In this document: one piece after another, positions 38,136 through 46,798 of the stretch
Position numbering within the stretch: the stretch's first letter is position 1
Layout of the letters: every line of letters begins with the position of its first letter
DNA from: Candidatus Brocadiia bacterium
Lineage (GTDB): Bacteria > Planctomycetota > Brocadiia > SM23-32
Reading direction: 5' to 3'
Length of the DNA stretch: 56,087 nt
NCBI GenBank assembly: GCA_046538485.1
Contig: JBKHIT010000031.1
Coordinates: forward strand, 1 to 56,087
The notes under the pieces: model-generated
Seen by the model: only the letters and a program-made list of their open reading frames with translations
The model's database searches: none
Told to the model about the DNA's origin: nothing
Position numbers and translations under genes: made by a program

Positions 38136-40400
38136 TCAGTCCTCAAGCCTCAGTGTGCCGAACCTTCCGACGCCGTGGTGGAGACGCTGGCCTTTGACCC
38201 AGCTGTAGGGCAGCATGGCGCCGGTATTGTAGTCCCGGCCGGTCGTGGCCCATTCGCTGCGGGTATCCGTGGCGGCGCGGGTGCGGTTCAGTTGAAGACC
38301 CATTTCTTGACCGTTTTTCGGTGTTCCCTCAACTCCCGGACTTTTCCACGGGATGGCCAGTTCGACCGTCCACTTGTCTTTCTCTTTTCCGGTGGCAATG
38401 TCGCAATCCATATCAGCTTTCAGGTTGAAATCGCGATAGTAGCGAAGCAAGCCCTGATGGAGCAGTCGGCCTTCGGCGTCCCAATCGTTAAATCCTTTTC
38501 CATCGGCGAGTGCCCCGGCTGCGTTGATGGCGAAGCGCACGTACGTTTCTCGGTCGTGGTTGACGTCGAGGAAGATTTGAACGTTGTCGTCGGTCCATAT
38601 CCTTTCGTCGTCTCGTTTGTCGGCCTTCATGCGAAGGGAATCCATGGGTTGCAGGCATTCGAGTGCGACGTAAAGGGCGTGATCGTCCCACGCGAACCGC
38701 GCTGACGTCTGGCATTCGGCCTCGTGATAGGTGTGGAAGAGTTCCAGGTGGTTGACGGAGTCAGCCCCTTGCCAGGCGGCATCGTCGAGCCGGCCATCGA
38801 TTTTGGGCGGGTTCGAGGTTCTCGCGGCGATTGCCGTGCGATCCTTTTTTGCAGGGATATCGGTCGGCCAGTCGTCGGTGGGGAACGGTCCCGCCGGCAG
38901 ACCGGCCTCGTTGTAGAGGTTGAAAAGGGTATTTCCATGCATGGCGTAGCGGACCGCCGCCGGGTTTTTAATTTGATCGTGCCAGCAGACGATCTGCTCG
39001 CCCTCGATTTTGGTCTGCGCCCGGACAAAATGCCGATCGGCTCCGGCGATGAGGAATCCTTCAAGCTGTTCTTTTGTTGCGGGCGTGGGCGGAACCTCGC
39101 GGGCGGTGAGCCCACCGCCGAGGTGTGTGAAGGAGAGCCGCGCGCGTCCGTTCTGTATTTTCATTGAATCAAAGACCGGGCCTCGGGCGACGATATCCTC
39201 GCCGTGGACGTATTTACGGGCGAGCAGGCTGAGTCGCTCGCCGACGGGGGCTTTGTTGTCGGGATGGATATCGCCCACCTCGCCCAGGTCGATTGTGACG
39301 GCGGTATGGACGTTCGGCAGGACGTTCTGGATCTCCCAGTCGGCTTCCATGACGACGCACCAGGGGTTGATGTGGGATGGTTTTGAGGCCTTTTTCTTCT
39401 GGGGGTAGTGGGGAAGCTGAACGACCATGAAGGGCCGGTTTTGTCCGCCCCAGCGATTTCGCCAGTCCTCAATCAGCACTTTCAGTTCTTTCTGGTAGCG
39501 TCGTGCGATATCGAACCCCCATGCGTTGGATTCGCCCTGGTACCAGCCGAATCCCCGGATTGTGAAGGGAGCAATTTTGGCCATCTCGGAGCGACGGAAA
39601 TTGATACCGGGTTCCTGGCCGGCGGGATTCATCAGAGACTGTATGGCTTTCTTTTTGTTGCCCCCTGATTTTGTGAGGACTTTATCCCACTTTTTTCCCA
39701 GAATCTTCGAAAGATACTCGGGCGTGGCGGTTCGGTCCCAGGCTTTGACGATATCACGCTTGAGCTGCGGATCGTTCGTCAGAGCCTCGCGGCTGATCCA
39801 GCTCTGGATCATTGTCCCGCCGCGGGCGCAGACGATCATACCGACCGGCACGTCCAGATCGCGATGGAGTGCGCGGGCGAAATAGAAAGAGACCGCGGAG
39901 AAACCTCCCACGTTTTTCGGTGATGTTTCAACCCAGCGGGGCTGATCCGGATTGGGTCTTGGGGGCGAGTTGTAAAATCGGATCTTCGGGAGGTCGGCTT
40001 TCGCGATGGTTTCTTTCGCGGTCAACGATCCTTTAACTGACATACCCATGTTGGATTGTCCCGAGAAGAGCCAGACTTCCCCGACGAGGACATTGGAAAG
40101 AGCCACCTCGTCGTCGCCGGACAGGACCCGGAGCGTGCGCGATTTCGCCGATGTTTTCAGCGGTTTGAGTTGGAGTTTCCAATGACCTTTTTTGTCTGTT
40201 TTTGCGGTGGCGCTTTGTCCGGCGAACTGAACGGTTACTTCGGAGTTGGGCGGGGCAGTCCCCCAGATCTGGACCGGCAACTCTCGCTGGAGGACCATAT
40301 TATCGGTGAACGGACGAGCGAGTTTCAGGTCCGCCAGGGCGGGTGCACTAAAACAGCTCAGGGCCAGCAGGAGCAGCAGGACTTTATGTGCGATTTCCAT
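38136..40400 (-). CDS. Sialate O-acetylesterase-like (SASA/SGNH) esterase with C-terminal CBM9-like domain
   Basis: FTDNMVLQR, GEVWLFSGQSNM, WYQGESN, DIHP; PKIDGRLDDAAW. Confidence 0.9.
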   Translation of the reverse strand: MEIAHKVLLLLLALSCFSAPALADLKLARPFTDNMVLQRELPVQIWGTAPPNSEVTVQFAGQSATAKTDKKGHWKLQLKPLKTSAKSRTLRVLSGDDEVALSNVLVGEVWLFSGQSNMGMSVKGSLTAKETIAKADLPKIRFYNSPPRPNPDQPRWVETSPKNVGGFSAVSFYFARALHRDLDVPVGMIVCARGGTMIQSWISREALTNDPQLKRDIVKAWDRTATPEYLSKILGKKWDKVLTKSGGNKKKAIQSLMNPAGQEPGINFRRSEMAKIAPFTIRGFGWYQGESNAWGFDIARRYQKELKVLIEDWRNRWGGQNRPFMVVQLPHYPQKKKASKPSHINPWCVVMEADWEIQNVLPNVHTAVTIDLGEVGDIHPDNKAPVGERLSLLARKYVHGEDIVARGPVFDSMKIQNGRARLSFTHLGGGLTAREVPPTPATKEQLEGFLIAGADRHFVRAQTKIEGEQIVCWHDQIKNPAAVRYAMHGNTLFNLYNEAGLPAGPFPTDDWPTDIPAKKDRTAIAARTSNPPKIDGRLDDAAWQGADSVNHLELFHTYHEAECQTSARFAWDDHALYVALECLQPMDSLRMKADKRDDERIWTDDNVQIFLDVNHDRETYVRFAINAAGALADGKGFNDWDAEGRLLHQGLLRYYRDFNLKADMDCDIATGKEKDKWTVELAIPWKSPGVEGTPKNGQEMGLQLNRTRAATDTRSEWATTGRDYNTGAMLPYSWVKGQRLHHGVGRFGTLRLED

Positions 40401-40421
40401 TTTTGCCTCGGAACAGTGGTT

Positions 40422-43400
40422 TTACTCAATCAGAAGCGTCAAAAAATCTCTTTCCGGGACGCTGATTGTGAAAGTTTTTTTACCGTCGCTCACGATCTTG
40501 AGCTTATCGAGTTTATATTTGCTCTGGCCTTTCCAGAAAAGAAGATTTCGGTCCAGGATTTCCGTGGGACCTTTCTCAACTTCTCCGTAGCCGTTATTGC
40601 TTTCAGCATCCAGGCGGTCGAGAACTTTTTCCCGTTTAAGGAAGTCCGGCATACTCTCCAGGTTTTGGACGCTCCAGCCATCGGGCAAGCCAATTTTTCC
40701 GGGATCAATTGTCAGCTGAACCGTGCTGTTTTTGTCCTCGGGGTAATGCATATTCATTACCATCATAAGGACCTTTTTCTTTTCCGCGTTGTCGGGATGC
40801 GGCCTTGTCCAGAAACTGACCCTGTATTCGGGATCTGTTGTCTCGACATAGCCGCCATCCTGCCAGTACCCGTGGAAATCTACATCTTCAGCTCCGATGC
40901 CCCATTGGGCGCGATATTCAACGATGGGCCTGGCGCGAACATGGGTGTGAACCTCGGGGACGGTATCGTGGAGCCAGCACCAGCCGAAGGTCTGGCGCCC
41001 GGGGAGGGCCCACTGGGATCCGCCGCGTCCGGCCATTGTCATCCAGACCGGTACAAACCCGAATTTCTGGGAACGTCCGATCGTGCGCATATACTGCTCA
41101 TTGATATTGTCCATGATATCCTGCTGCGGCGTGGGGATATTCGGTTCACCGAACATTGCGATATCGGTAGCACCGATGGCGTAGGGCGCCATCATGCCCG
41201 ATGTGTGGACCCAGATGAAGGGATCGACTCCCTGATCGATTATGCACTGTCGCACCCTGTAGAGGAATCTGCGCTCGAGCGTAAGGCCCACTGACGGTCG
41301 GATCGATCCGTCGGGCAGGACTTTTCCCTGTCCGTTAAATACGTTGTAATCGGGGGCGAAGTAGCATTCGTCGAAGTACATTCCGTTGACGTGCCAGAAT
41401 TTTAGAAACTGGGTCAGGTGGAAACAGAAGAAATCCTGGTAACTTTCGACCGGCCGCAGGTGAAACCACCCGCCGGAGGGCATGATCGTCCAATCGCCGC
41501 CGAAAAATTTTCGGAAAGCTTTCGATTTCGTCCCTTCGAAATACATCGAGGCGTTGTGAAAGTAGCACTCCCGGACGGCTTTTGGGTTTCCATATTTTTC
41601 GGTACCGCTTTTGACGGTTCCGGCGGCTTCCTTGCCAAGATTCTTTCGGATCGCGGAAATATCCGGATACCCTTTGCCGTCCATGCTATCGAGGACCTCC
41701 CCTGCGGTTCTGTTTTTCGGCACATCGATTCCGTTGGCCCTGGCGAGTTCAGCGCTGTCGTGCCAGTGAACCGGACCGACTTTGCCGTGTCCGGGTCCGT
41801 AGAAAAAGGCCACATTGCTGTCGGTGAAATTGCCGTAGTGCAGTATGGCGTTCCGCCAGTCTTTCGGGAGGGGCTTAATGGGGGTGGCGATCAGACCAAA
41901 CCGGGCCCGGAACGATTTCCCTTTGCACTGCCTGCGTACGAGATTGACCTGGATCTCTACTTCATCATCATGTCGCACGATCTGGGCGCAGGGTGTCTGT
42001 TCGCCCCGTATCCACTCATGGTCATTGTCCGCGAACCATTGAATTGCCCGGTCGTCATCGGCCAGGCCGATATACGGGACGAAATCAGCCACACTGTCGG
42101 AATCCCAGACCACGCCTTTTTGGGGCAAGTTCTCCAGAAGAAAGTTCATCCCATTTGTGCCGCCACGCGTCGTCCACATGTAGTCGGCGACTTCCCTGCG
42201 GACCGGGACGGACAGGTAGAGGCGTTCGATGGCTTTTGCTTCGGCTTTGGGCTCGGCGTTCAGTTCATAAATCAGACCGCCGTCGAAGAGGATCCGGCCT
42301 TCCATGTTCAGCGTTATACCGGCCACTTCATATTTTCCGCTGAAGGTTGCCTTGTTGGCGTTTGCCTTTTCGATGCTGAATCCTTCCGCGATTTTTGCTT
42401 CGTGTTTATTCCCGTCAGCCACCGCGACAAAATTGACAGGTCGAGCGAGAAGCTGTTTTTTCTGGCTTTGCATACGTGCCGGTAAGGCTCCCCTCATTTC
42501 GTATTGGCGCCCCCAGATTGTGAAGCTATTTTCGCTGGTTTTAAGCGGTGTGTAGGGGGGCTCGGCCGTCAGTTTCTCTCCGTATTTCTCAGAATTCAGC
42601 CAGATGAACTCGTCACTGTAATCTTTGTGTCTGAACGAATCTGTCGTCGAGACCAATACGCGGCCGTTTTTGTCCAGGAAGCTGGTTTTTACCGTGTATT
42701 TGCCGTGGGGCAGTTCCGCGGGCAGCCAGAAATAAGTCTCGGCAGCGTCGCACTCGAACTGTCGGTCGACGATGGTCTTAACGCCCTTTTTGTAAGCGGT
42801 GTTCACGGCCACGGATTTGCCCTGTTCGTTCAGGACTTCAAAGGTCACCGTCTCGATCCTGTCTCGCATGGGGGCTTCGAGCAGATCCACCCAGCATTTT
42901 GCGCCCATATTGAGGGGAGCGTATGAAAGCCGTGTGGTCATTTTCCACGGTTTTGGTTTCACTTTTTTGACAGTTCGTTCTTTGACCGACATCGGTCGGT
43001 ACATCCAGTTTCCCTCAATAAGGGTGTTTCCGGTGGGTCCTGTGACACTGAGTTTTATCGTGTTGACTTTTTCCGTAGCGGGGGGCAGGTTGCCGGTGAG
43101 GGTGATTTTTTTGGTTTTCCCGGCCGCGACCGTCACGGTCTTCTCGACCTGCATGTCTTTCCGCGAGGCATTGATCGTGAACTCGCCGGCTTTGTCTTCT
43201 CCGTTTACCAGTTCAAGCTGAGGTTCGAACCGATTTTCGAACAGACTGCTCAGGTCGAGAAGCCGGACGCACGTTGTGGCATCGGAGAGGGTCATTTGTG
43301 CGTGGGTTTCGATGTTTTTATACCAGCCGTATGTGAACGGCCAGGAGCGCTGGGGCCAGGCTACCGCTACCATTCCTCCCCACGGTTTGTCGGGCTGGTA

Positions 43401-43976
43401 ATGGTCCGGATCGGCCAACTCCTCGATTGGAATGGCCACCTCAGCGGTCCAGTATTCGCCTTGTTTGTAGGAATTTTTGAATTTCACATCGGGGTTCCAC
43501 CCGGGATTCTTTATACCGAGAGCCGGAACAAGCTTTATGTCGTAGAGAGCTCCATACGCGTTCCCGATCATCTGATAGGCGGCAGTGTGACCTCCAGTGG
43601 GGGGAGTGAGCCAGATCTCAAACTGCTGTCGGTCCATATAAACTTTGGAATCCCGCCGACGGTATTTCCGGCTCGGCTTTTCGCCAGGGGCGAGCTGCGT
43701 CCACACCGCGATGTAGATATTTTTGTCGTCGTGCCCGAGGTAAATGTGAGATTCCTTCGGCACCATGACTTTTCCAAAACTACCTGTTGCACCGATGAAA
43801 CCCGTCACGGCGGCCGAACGGGCCCATTCGCCATTCTCCATCTTCCCATCAATGGTCGGGGGAGTGCCAAGTTTCGGGATGTGCAGACGAGGGCGATCCT
43901 TTTTTGCCTGCGAGAAAGCTATTGTTGTGAAAACGAAACACGCGAGCACGGACAGCGCAATTTTTCTGGCGATCAT
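40422..43976 (-). CDS. Secreted DUF6067-like putative glycoside hydrolase with CBM9-like N-terminus
   Basis: Signal peptide, PPTIDGKMENGEW, WFADND, FGLIATP.KP, GMYFDE; paralog of 13498-16929. Confidence 0.6.
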   Translation of the reverse strand: MIARKIALSVLACFVFTTIAFSQAKKDRPRLHIPKLGTPPTIDGKMENGEWARSAAVTGFIGATGSFGKVMVPKESHIYLGHDDKNIYIAVWTQLAPGEKPSRKYRRRDSKVYMDRQQFEIWLTPPTGGHTAAYQMIGNAYGALYDIKLVPALGIKNPGWNPDVKFKNSYKQGEYWTAEVAIPIEELADPDHYQPDKPWGGMVAVAWPQRSWPFTYGWYKNIETHAQMTLSDATTCVRLLDLSSLFENRFEPQLELVNGEDKAGEFTINASRKDMQVEKTVTVAAGKTKKITLTGNLPPATEKVNTIKLSVTGPTGNTLIEGNWMYRPMSVKERTVKKVKPKPWKMTTRLSYAPLNMGAKCWVDLLEAPMRDRIETVTFEVLNEQGKSVAVNTAYKKGVKTIVDRQFECDAAETYFWLPAELPHGKYTVKTSFLDKNGRVLVSTTDSFRHKDYSDEFIWLNSEKYGEKLTAEPPYTPLKTSENSFTIWGRQYEMRGALPARMQSQKKQLLARPVNFVAVADGNKHEAKIAEGFSIEKANANKATFSGKYEVAGITLNMEGRILFDGGLIYELNAEPKAEAKAIERLYLSVPVRREVADYMWTTRGGTNGMNFLLENLPQKGVVWDSDSVADFVPYIGLADDDRAIQWFADNDHEWIRGEQTPCAQIVRHDDEVEIQVNLVRRQCKGKSFRARFGLIATPIKPLPKDWRNAILHYGNFTDSNVAFFYGPGHGKVGPVHWHDSAELARANGIDVPKNRTAGEVLDSMDGKGYPDISAIRKNLGKEAAGTVKSGTEKYGNPKAVRECYFHNASMYFEGTKSKAFRKFFGGDWTIMPSGGWFHLRPVESYQDFFCFHLTQFLKFWHVNGMYFDECYFAPDYNVFNGQGKVLPDGSIRPSVGLTLERRFLYRVRQCIIDQGVDPFIWVHTSGMMAPYAIGATDIAMFGEPNIPTPQQDIMDNINEQYMRTIGRSQKFGFVPVWMTMAGRGGSQWALPGRQTFGWCWLHDTVPEVHTHVRARPIVEYRAQWGIGAEDVDFHGYWQDGGYVETTDPEYRVSFWTRPHPDNAEKKKVLMMVMNMHYPEDKNSTVQLTIDPGKIGLPDGWSVQNLESMPDFLKREKVLDRLDAESNNGYGEVEKGPTEILDRNLLFWKGQSKYKLDKLKIVSDGKKTFTISVPERDFLTLLIE

Positions 43977-44069
43977 TGGTATTTACTCCTTTTTCCCAGG
44001 ACATGTCCCTACAGTGTAAGCGCTAAACGAAAAGACCGAGGGCGACTATTCTACAACGCATAGTCAACC

Positions 44070-44097
44070 ATTTTACATGCTTTACTTTTTCTGTCAA
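44070..44097 (-). promoter_or_regulatory. Sigma70-type promoter of the minus-strand CAZyme cluster
   Basis: TTGACA-N16-TAAAAT on the minus strand. Confidence 0.65.
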
Positions 44098-44113
44098 GGT
44101 TGAGAGGAACTGA

Positions 44114-44338
44114 GAATTTGCGCTGTGGGGGCGCTGCGGGTGTTGGACGCCGGGCATTTCCCGAAAATCGTGCTGGCTGTTCCTATCCCACCCAGCGCAA
44201 ATTTCGCAAGTGTCCTTCGGGAAAGTCGTTGAAGGTTGCTGTAATATAAACCTTATGTCTGGTCTCAATCATTCTGTCGGCCTGCAACCACGCTTCTCGA
44301 CCGCGTATCCTGCAGACTCGAGTTCAGCTGAGCCCGCT
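44114..44338. repeat. Dispersed repeat family D, copy 2
   Basis: Aligns with 23608-23832; the last ~100 bp are highly similar. Confidence 0.85.
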
Positions 44339-44340
44339 AC

Positions 44341-45858
44341 TCAGAAGGAATATCGCGCTGCCGCATAAACGTTGTTATTGTCGTTAAACTGGTTGAATTT
44401 TGTGAACGATTCTTCGCCTGCGAAAACGTTCGCTCCTATTTCCACGGCCCAGTGGTCGGAGACGTCGTAGTGGATACGTGGGCGAAAGTAGGCTTCTTCG
44501 GCAGTGGGGGAGTAAAATGTGAAGAGACTGAGTTCAAGGTTCTGATTCATCAGAAGTTGGGTCAGCCGGAAGGTAAGAACCTGCCGGTCTTCGTCGCGTC
44601 GGCGCATGCCCGGCGGGATATTGTGCGAGTATTCTTTGTACTGCAACATGTGGATCAGGAAATACTGAACGGCGACGGTGAAATTTTTTGCCACCTCTTT
44701 TTCATATCCCATCAAAAATCTGAGTTCACTATTAGCTATGAAGGGGTCGTCCCCACCGTTGTCCTCAGGCGAATGGTAATAGGCGAATTCCGCGTTTCCA
44801 ACCCCGCCCATTACCGTACCGAGAATACTCGCTCCGTAAACGTTCAAGCGGGGAAAAAGCGATTCTCCCGTCGCCGGATCAGTTCCCGCCGGGCTTTTCC
44901 AGAAACCGCGATACCCGTAAGCCGCGAGTTCATATCCGGACAGGGTTCGATAAAGACGAGCCGCCCATTCTTCGTCCTGAAACCAGCTGTCGGGTTTATC
45001 GGCTTCAATGACGGCATCGTCTCCCGATCGTCTTCCCAGGGCGGGATTCCAGAAGGAAAGTCGTTCACCCGTGACAAAACGATCGGAATCGAAGCGAGGC
45101 ACAAAAACCAGATCAAAATTGGCGAGATCGCTGTAAAATGAAGCTTTTATGGCATCGGACGGCGCTTTCAAATACTCCGTGTCCCGTCCGATGAAGAATG
45201 ATTGGTAGTCTTTAGGGAACAGATCGTTCAGAAACACCAGATCTCCTGTGCCCCAGGTCAAGATCTGGCGTCCGGCCCGGACATCGATGAAAGAGGCGGG
45301 AGAGAACGTGAGGTTGGCTTCCCTGAGGTCAATGCATCCCGTTCCGTCTTCAATATCCGCATCGAAGGTGGTGTGGCCCGGCTCGTCGGCCAGAAAATCT
45401 GTCGTTAATTTAGCCCGTGTTGTGCCCCAGTATTTTTTCAACTCGAGCTGGAGACGTGCCTCACCAAGGATAGCATTTTCTTCCTGATGGTGATCGTCCT
45501 GTGTTCTCACCCCGTAACGACCCTCAAGGAATCCGTTCAGATCGAACGGAAGCTGTTCCAACAGGGGCGCTTTTTCCCGGTCCGGTTTCTTCACTTCCTT
45601 TTTCTCCGACAGACCGTCGGGAAGAGAAGGTTCGCCCTCGGTCTCAGGTTGCAGGCCCGAAGGCAAATCCGGTGTATCTTCTGTTTTTTCTGCCCCCAGC
45701 CCCGGGGGGAGGGCCGGTTCCTCCTGATCTTTTGTTTTCTCGTTCAGTCCTTCCGGCAGGGCGGGTTCTTCCTGCGCCACTGCGGAGAGATTTAAAAAAA
45801 GCAGAGAAACTGTCAGCGCCGATAGAATTCGCGGTGCAGAATAGAAAGATGGCGTCAT
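44341..45858 (-). CDS. Putative outer-membrane beta-barrel protein (DUF1302-like) with N-terminal EPxLPxGL repeats
   Basis: Signal peptide, DLREA, AGRQILTWGTGD, terminal RYSF; MMPL/LolA-like context. Confidence 0.7.
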   Translation of the reverse strand: MTPSFYSAPRILSALTVSLLFLNLSAVAQEEPALPEGLNEKTKDQEEPALPPGLGAEKTEDTPDLPSGLQPETEGEPSLPDGLSEKKEVKKPDREKAPLLEQLPFDLNGFLEGRYGVRTQDDHHQEENAILGEARLQLELKKYWGTTRAKLTTDFLADEPGHTTFDADIEDGTGCIDLREANLTFSPASFIDVRAGRQILTWGTGDLVFLNDLFPKDYQSFFIGRDTEYLKAPSDAIKASFYSDLANFDLVFVPRFDSDRFVTGERLSFWNPALGRRSGDDAVIEADKPDSWFQDEEWAARLYRTLSGYELAAYGYRGFWKSPAGTDPATGESLFPRLNVYGASILGTVMGGVGNAEFAYYHSPEDNGGDDPFIANSELRFLMGYEKEVAKNFTVAVQYFLIHMLQYKEYSHNIPPGMRRRDEDRQVLTFRLTQLLMNQNLELSLFTFYSPTAEEAYFRPRIHYDVSDHWAVEIGANVFAGEESFTKFNQFNDNNNVYAAARYSF

Positions 45859-45931
45859 CAGTTTTCCTTCTTGAGCGAAATTCTTGTTCAAGAAGCGGGC
45901 ATTGCCAGAACGAGAAGACAAGCCAGATCGG

Positions 45932-46798
45932 TCATTCCATTTTCAGATGTTTCGCCGGTGCGCGTCGCAGGTAGCGTTCGGTGAAAATATCTTCTTCCAG
46001 TCCCACGTCGTACTCGACGTCCGTGTATTCGATGACGGTTTGTCCGCCACCCTGGAGGTCTTTCACCCGGGATTTTGTCACCGTGGGATACCCCTGAATT
46101 TGTTGCACGGCGAGAACCTGGTATTCCCTGTATTTGTTATCCCGATCGTCGAAATATTCAATTTTCACGGGGATGAAAGTCGATTTGTGAATCCACATGC
46201 GATAGTACTTAAATTCGACGAGTTTCGGTTTCTTTGGCGTGTTTTTCAGGACGTAGTAGTTGGAGGTGGTTTTCTCAAGTTCGTGTTTGTCTTCGTTTGT
46301 GTTTCGGCCCGAGACGTCCTCGTAGTAGAAATGCGATCCCACGAAACTCGTCCGTTCATCGCTGGCAGCAATGCGTTTTTTGAGGTCGAGCCCGGGGAGA
46401 TACAACCAGCGGTCATCATCCTTATCCAGCGCCACGTGTTTCCAGACCATAAAGACGGTGCCTTCCACATCGCCCGGCCGGTGGAAATAAACGTAGAACT
46501 TCTGGTCCTTCATGTACTCGTCTTTTTCATATTTATCGGCCTCTGACTCGGGCGGGCGTTCGTCGCGGCGCAGGATGATGAAGCCGCGATGCCTTTCGCG
46601 TCCCTGTTTGTCCGTAATCGTCATCGATACCCGGGCGCGTCCGTCACGTCCCTGATAGTAGGCGACGCGATTCGTGTTCTGGACAATCTCATCGACCGTT
46701 GGTGTTTTTTCCCCGGCAAGGGTGCTGGAGAGCATGATGATCGTGAATGTTGCACATAGAGTGAACGCGAACGATTTCCATTGTTTCGACGTTGTCAT
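45932..46798 (-). CDS. Outer membrane lipoprotein-sorting (LolA-like) protein
   Basis: F..P.DV.GT, DDDRWLYLPGL, RIA, SFVGSHFYYED, FTERYL. Confidence 0.88.
   Translation of the reverse strand: MTTSKQWKSFAFTLCATFTIIMLSSTLAGEKTPTVDEIVQNTNRVAYYQGRDGRARVSMTITDKQGRERHRGFIILRRDERPPESEADKYEKDEYMKDQKFYVYFHRPGDVEGTVFMVWKHVALDKDDDRWLYLPGLDLKKRIAASDERTSFVGSHFYYEDVSGRNTNEDKHELEKTTSNYYVLKNTPKKPKLVEFKYYRMWIHKSTFIPVKIEYFDDRDNKYREYQVLAVQQIQGYPTVTKSRVKDLQGGGQTVIEYTDVEYDVGLEEDIFTERYLRRAPAKHLKME

Noticed and set aside
40056..42485. Long plus-strand ORFs (412 and 355 aa) and similar antisense ORFs elsewhere
   Set aside because: Shadow frames of well-supported opposite-strand genes in GC-rich DNA
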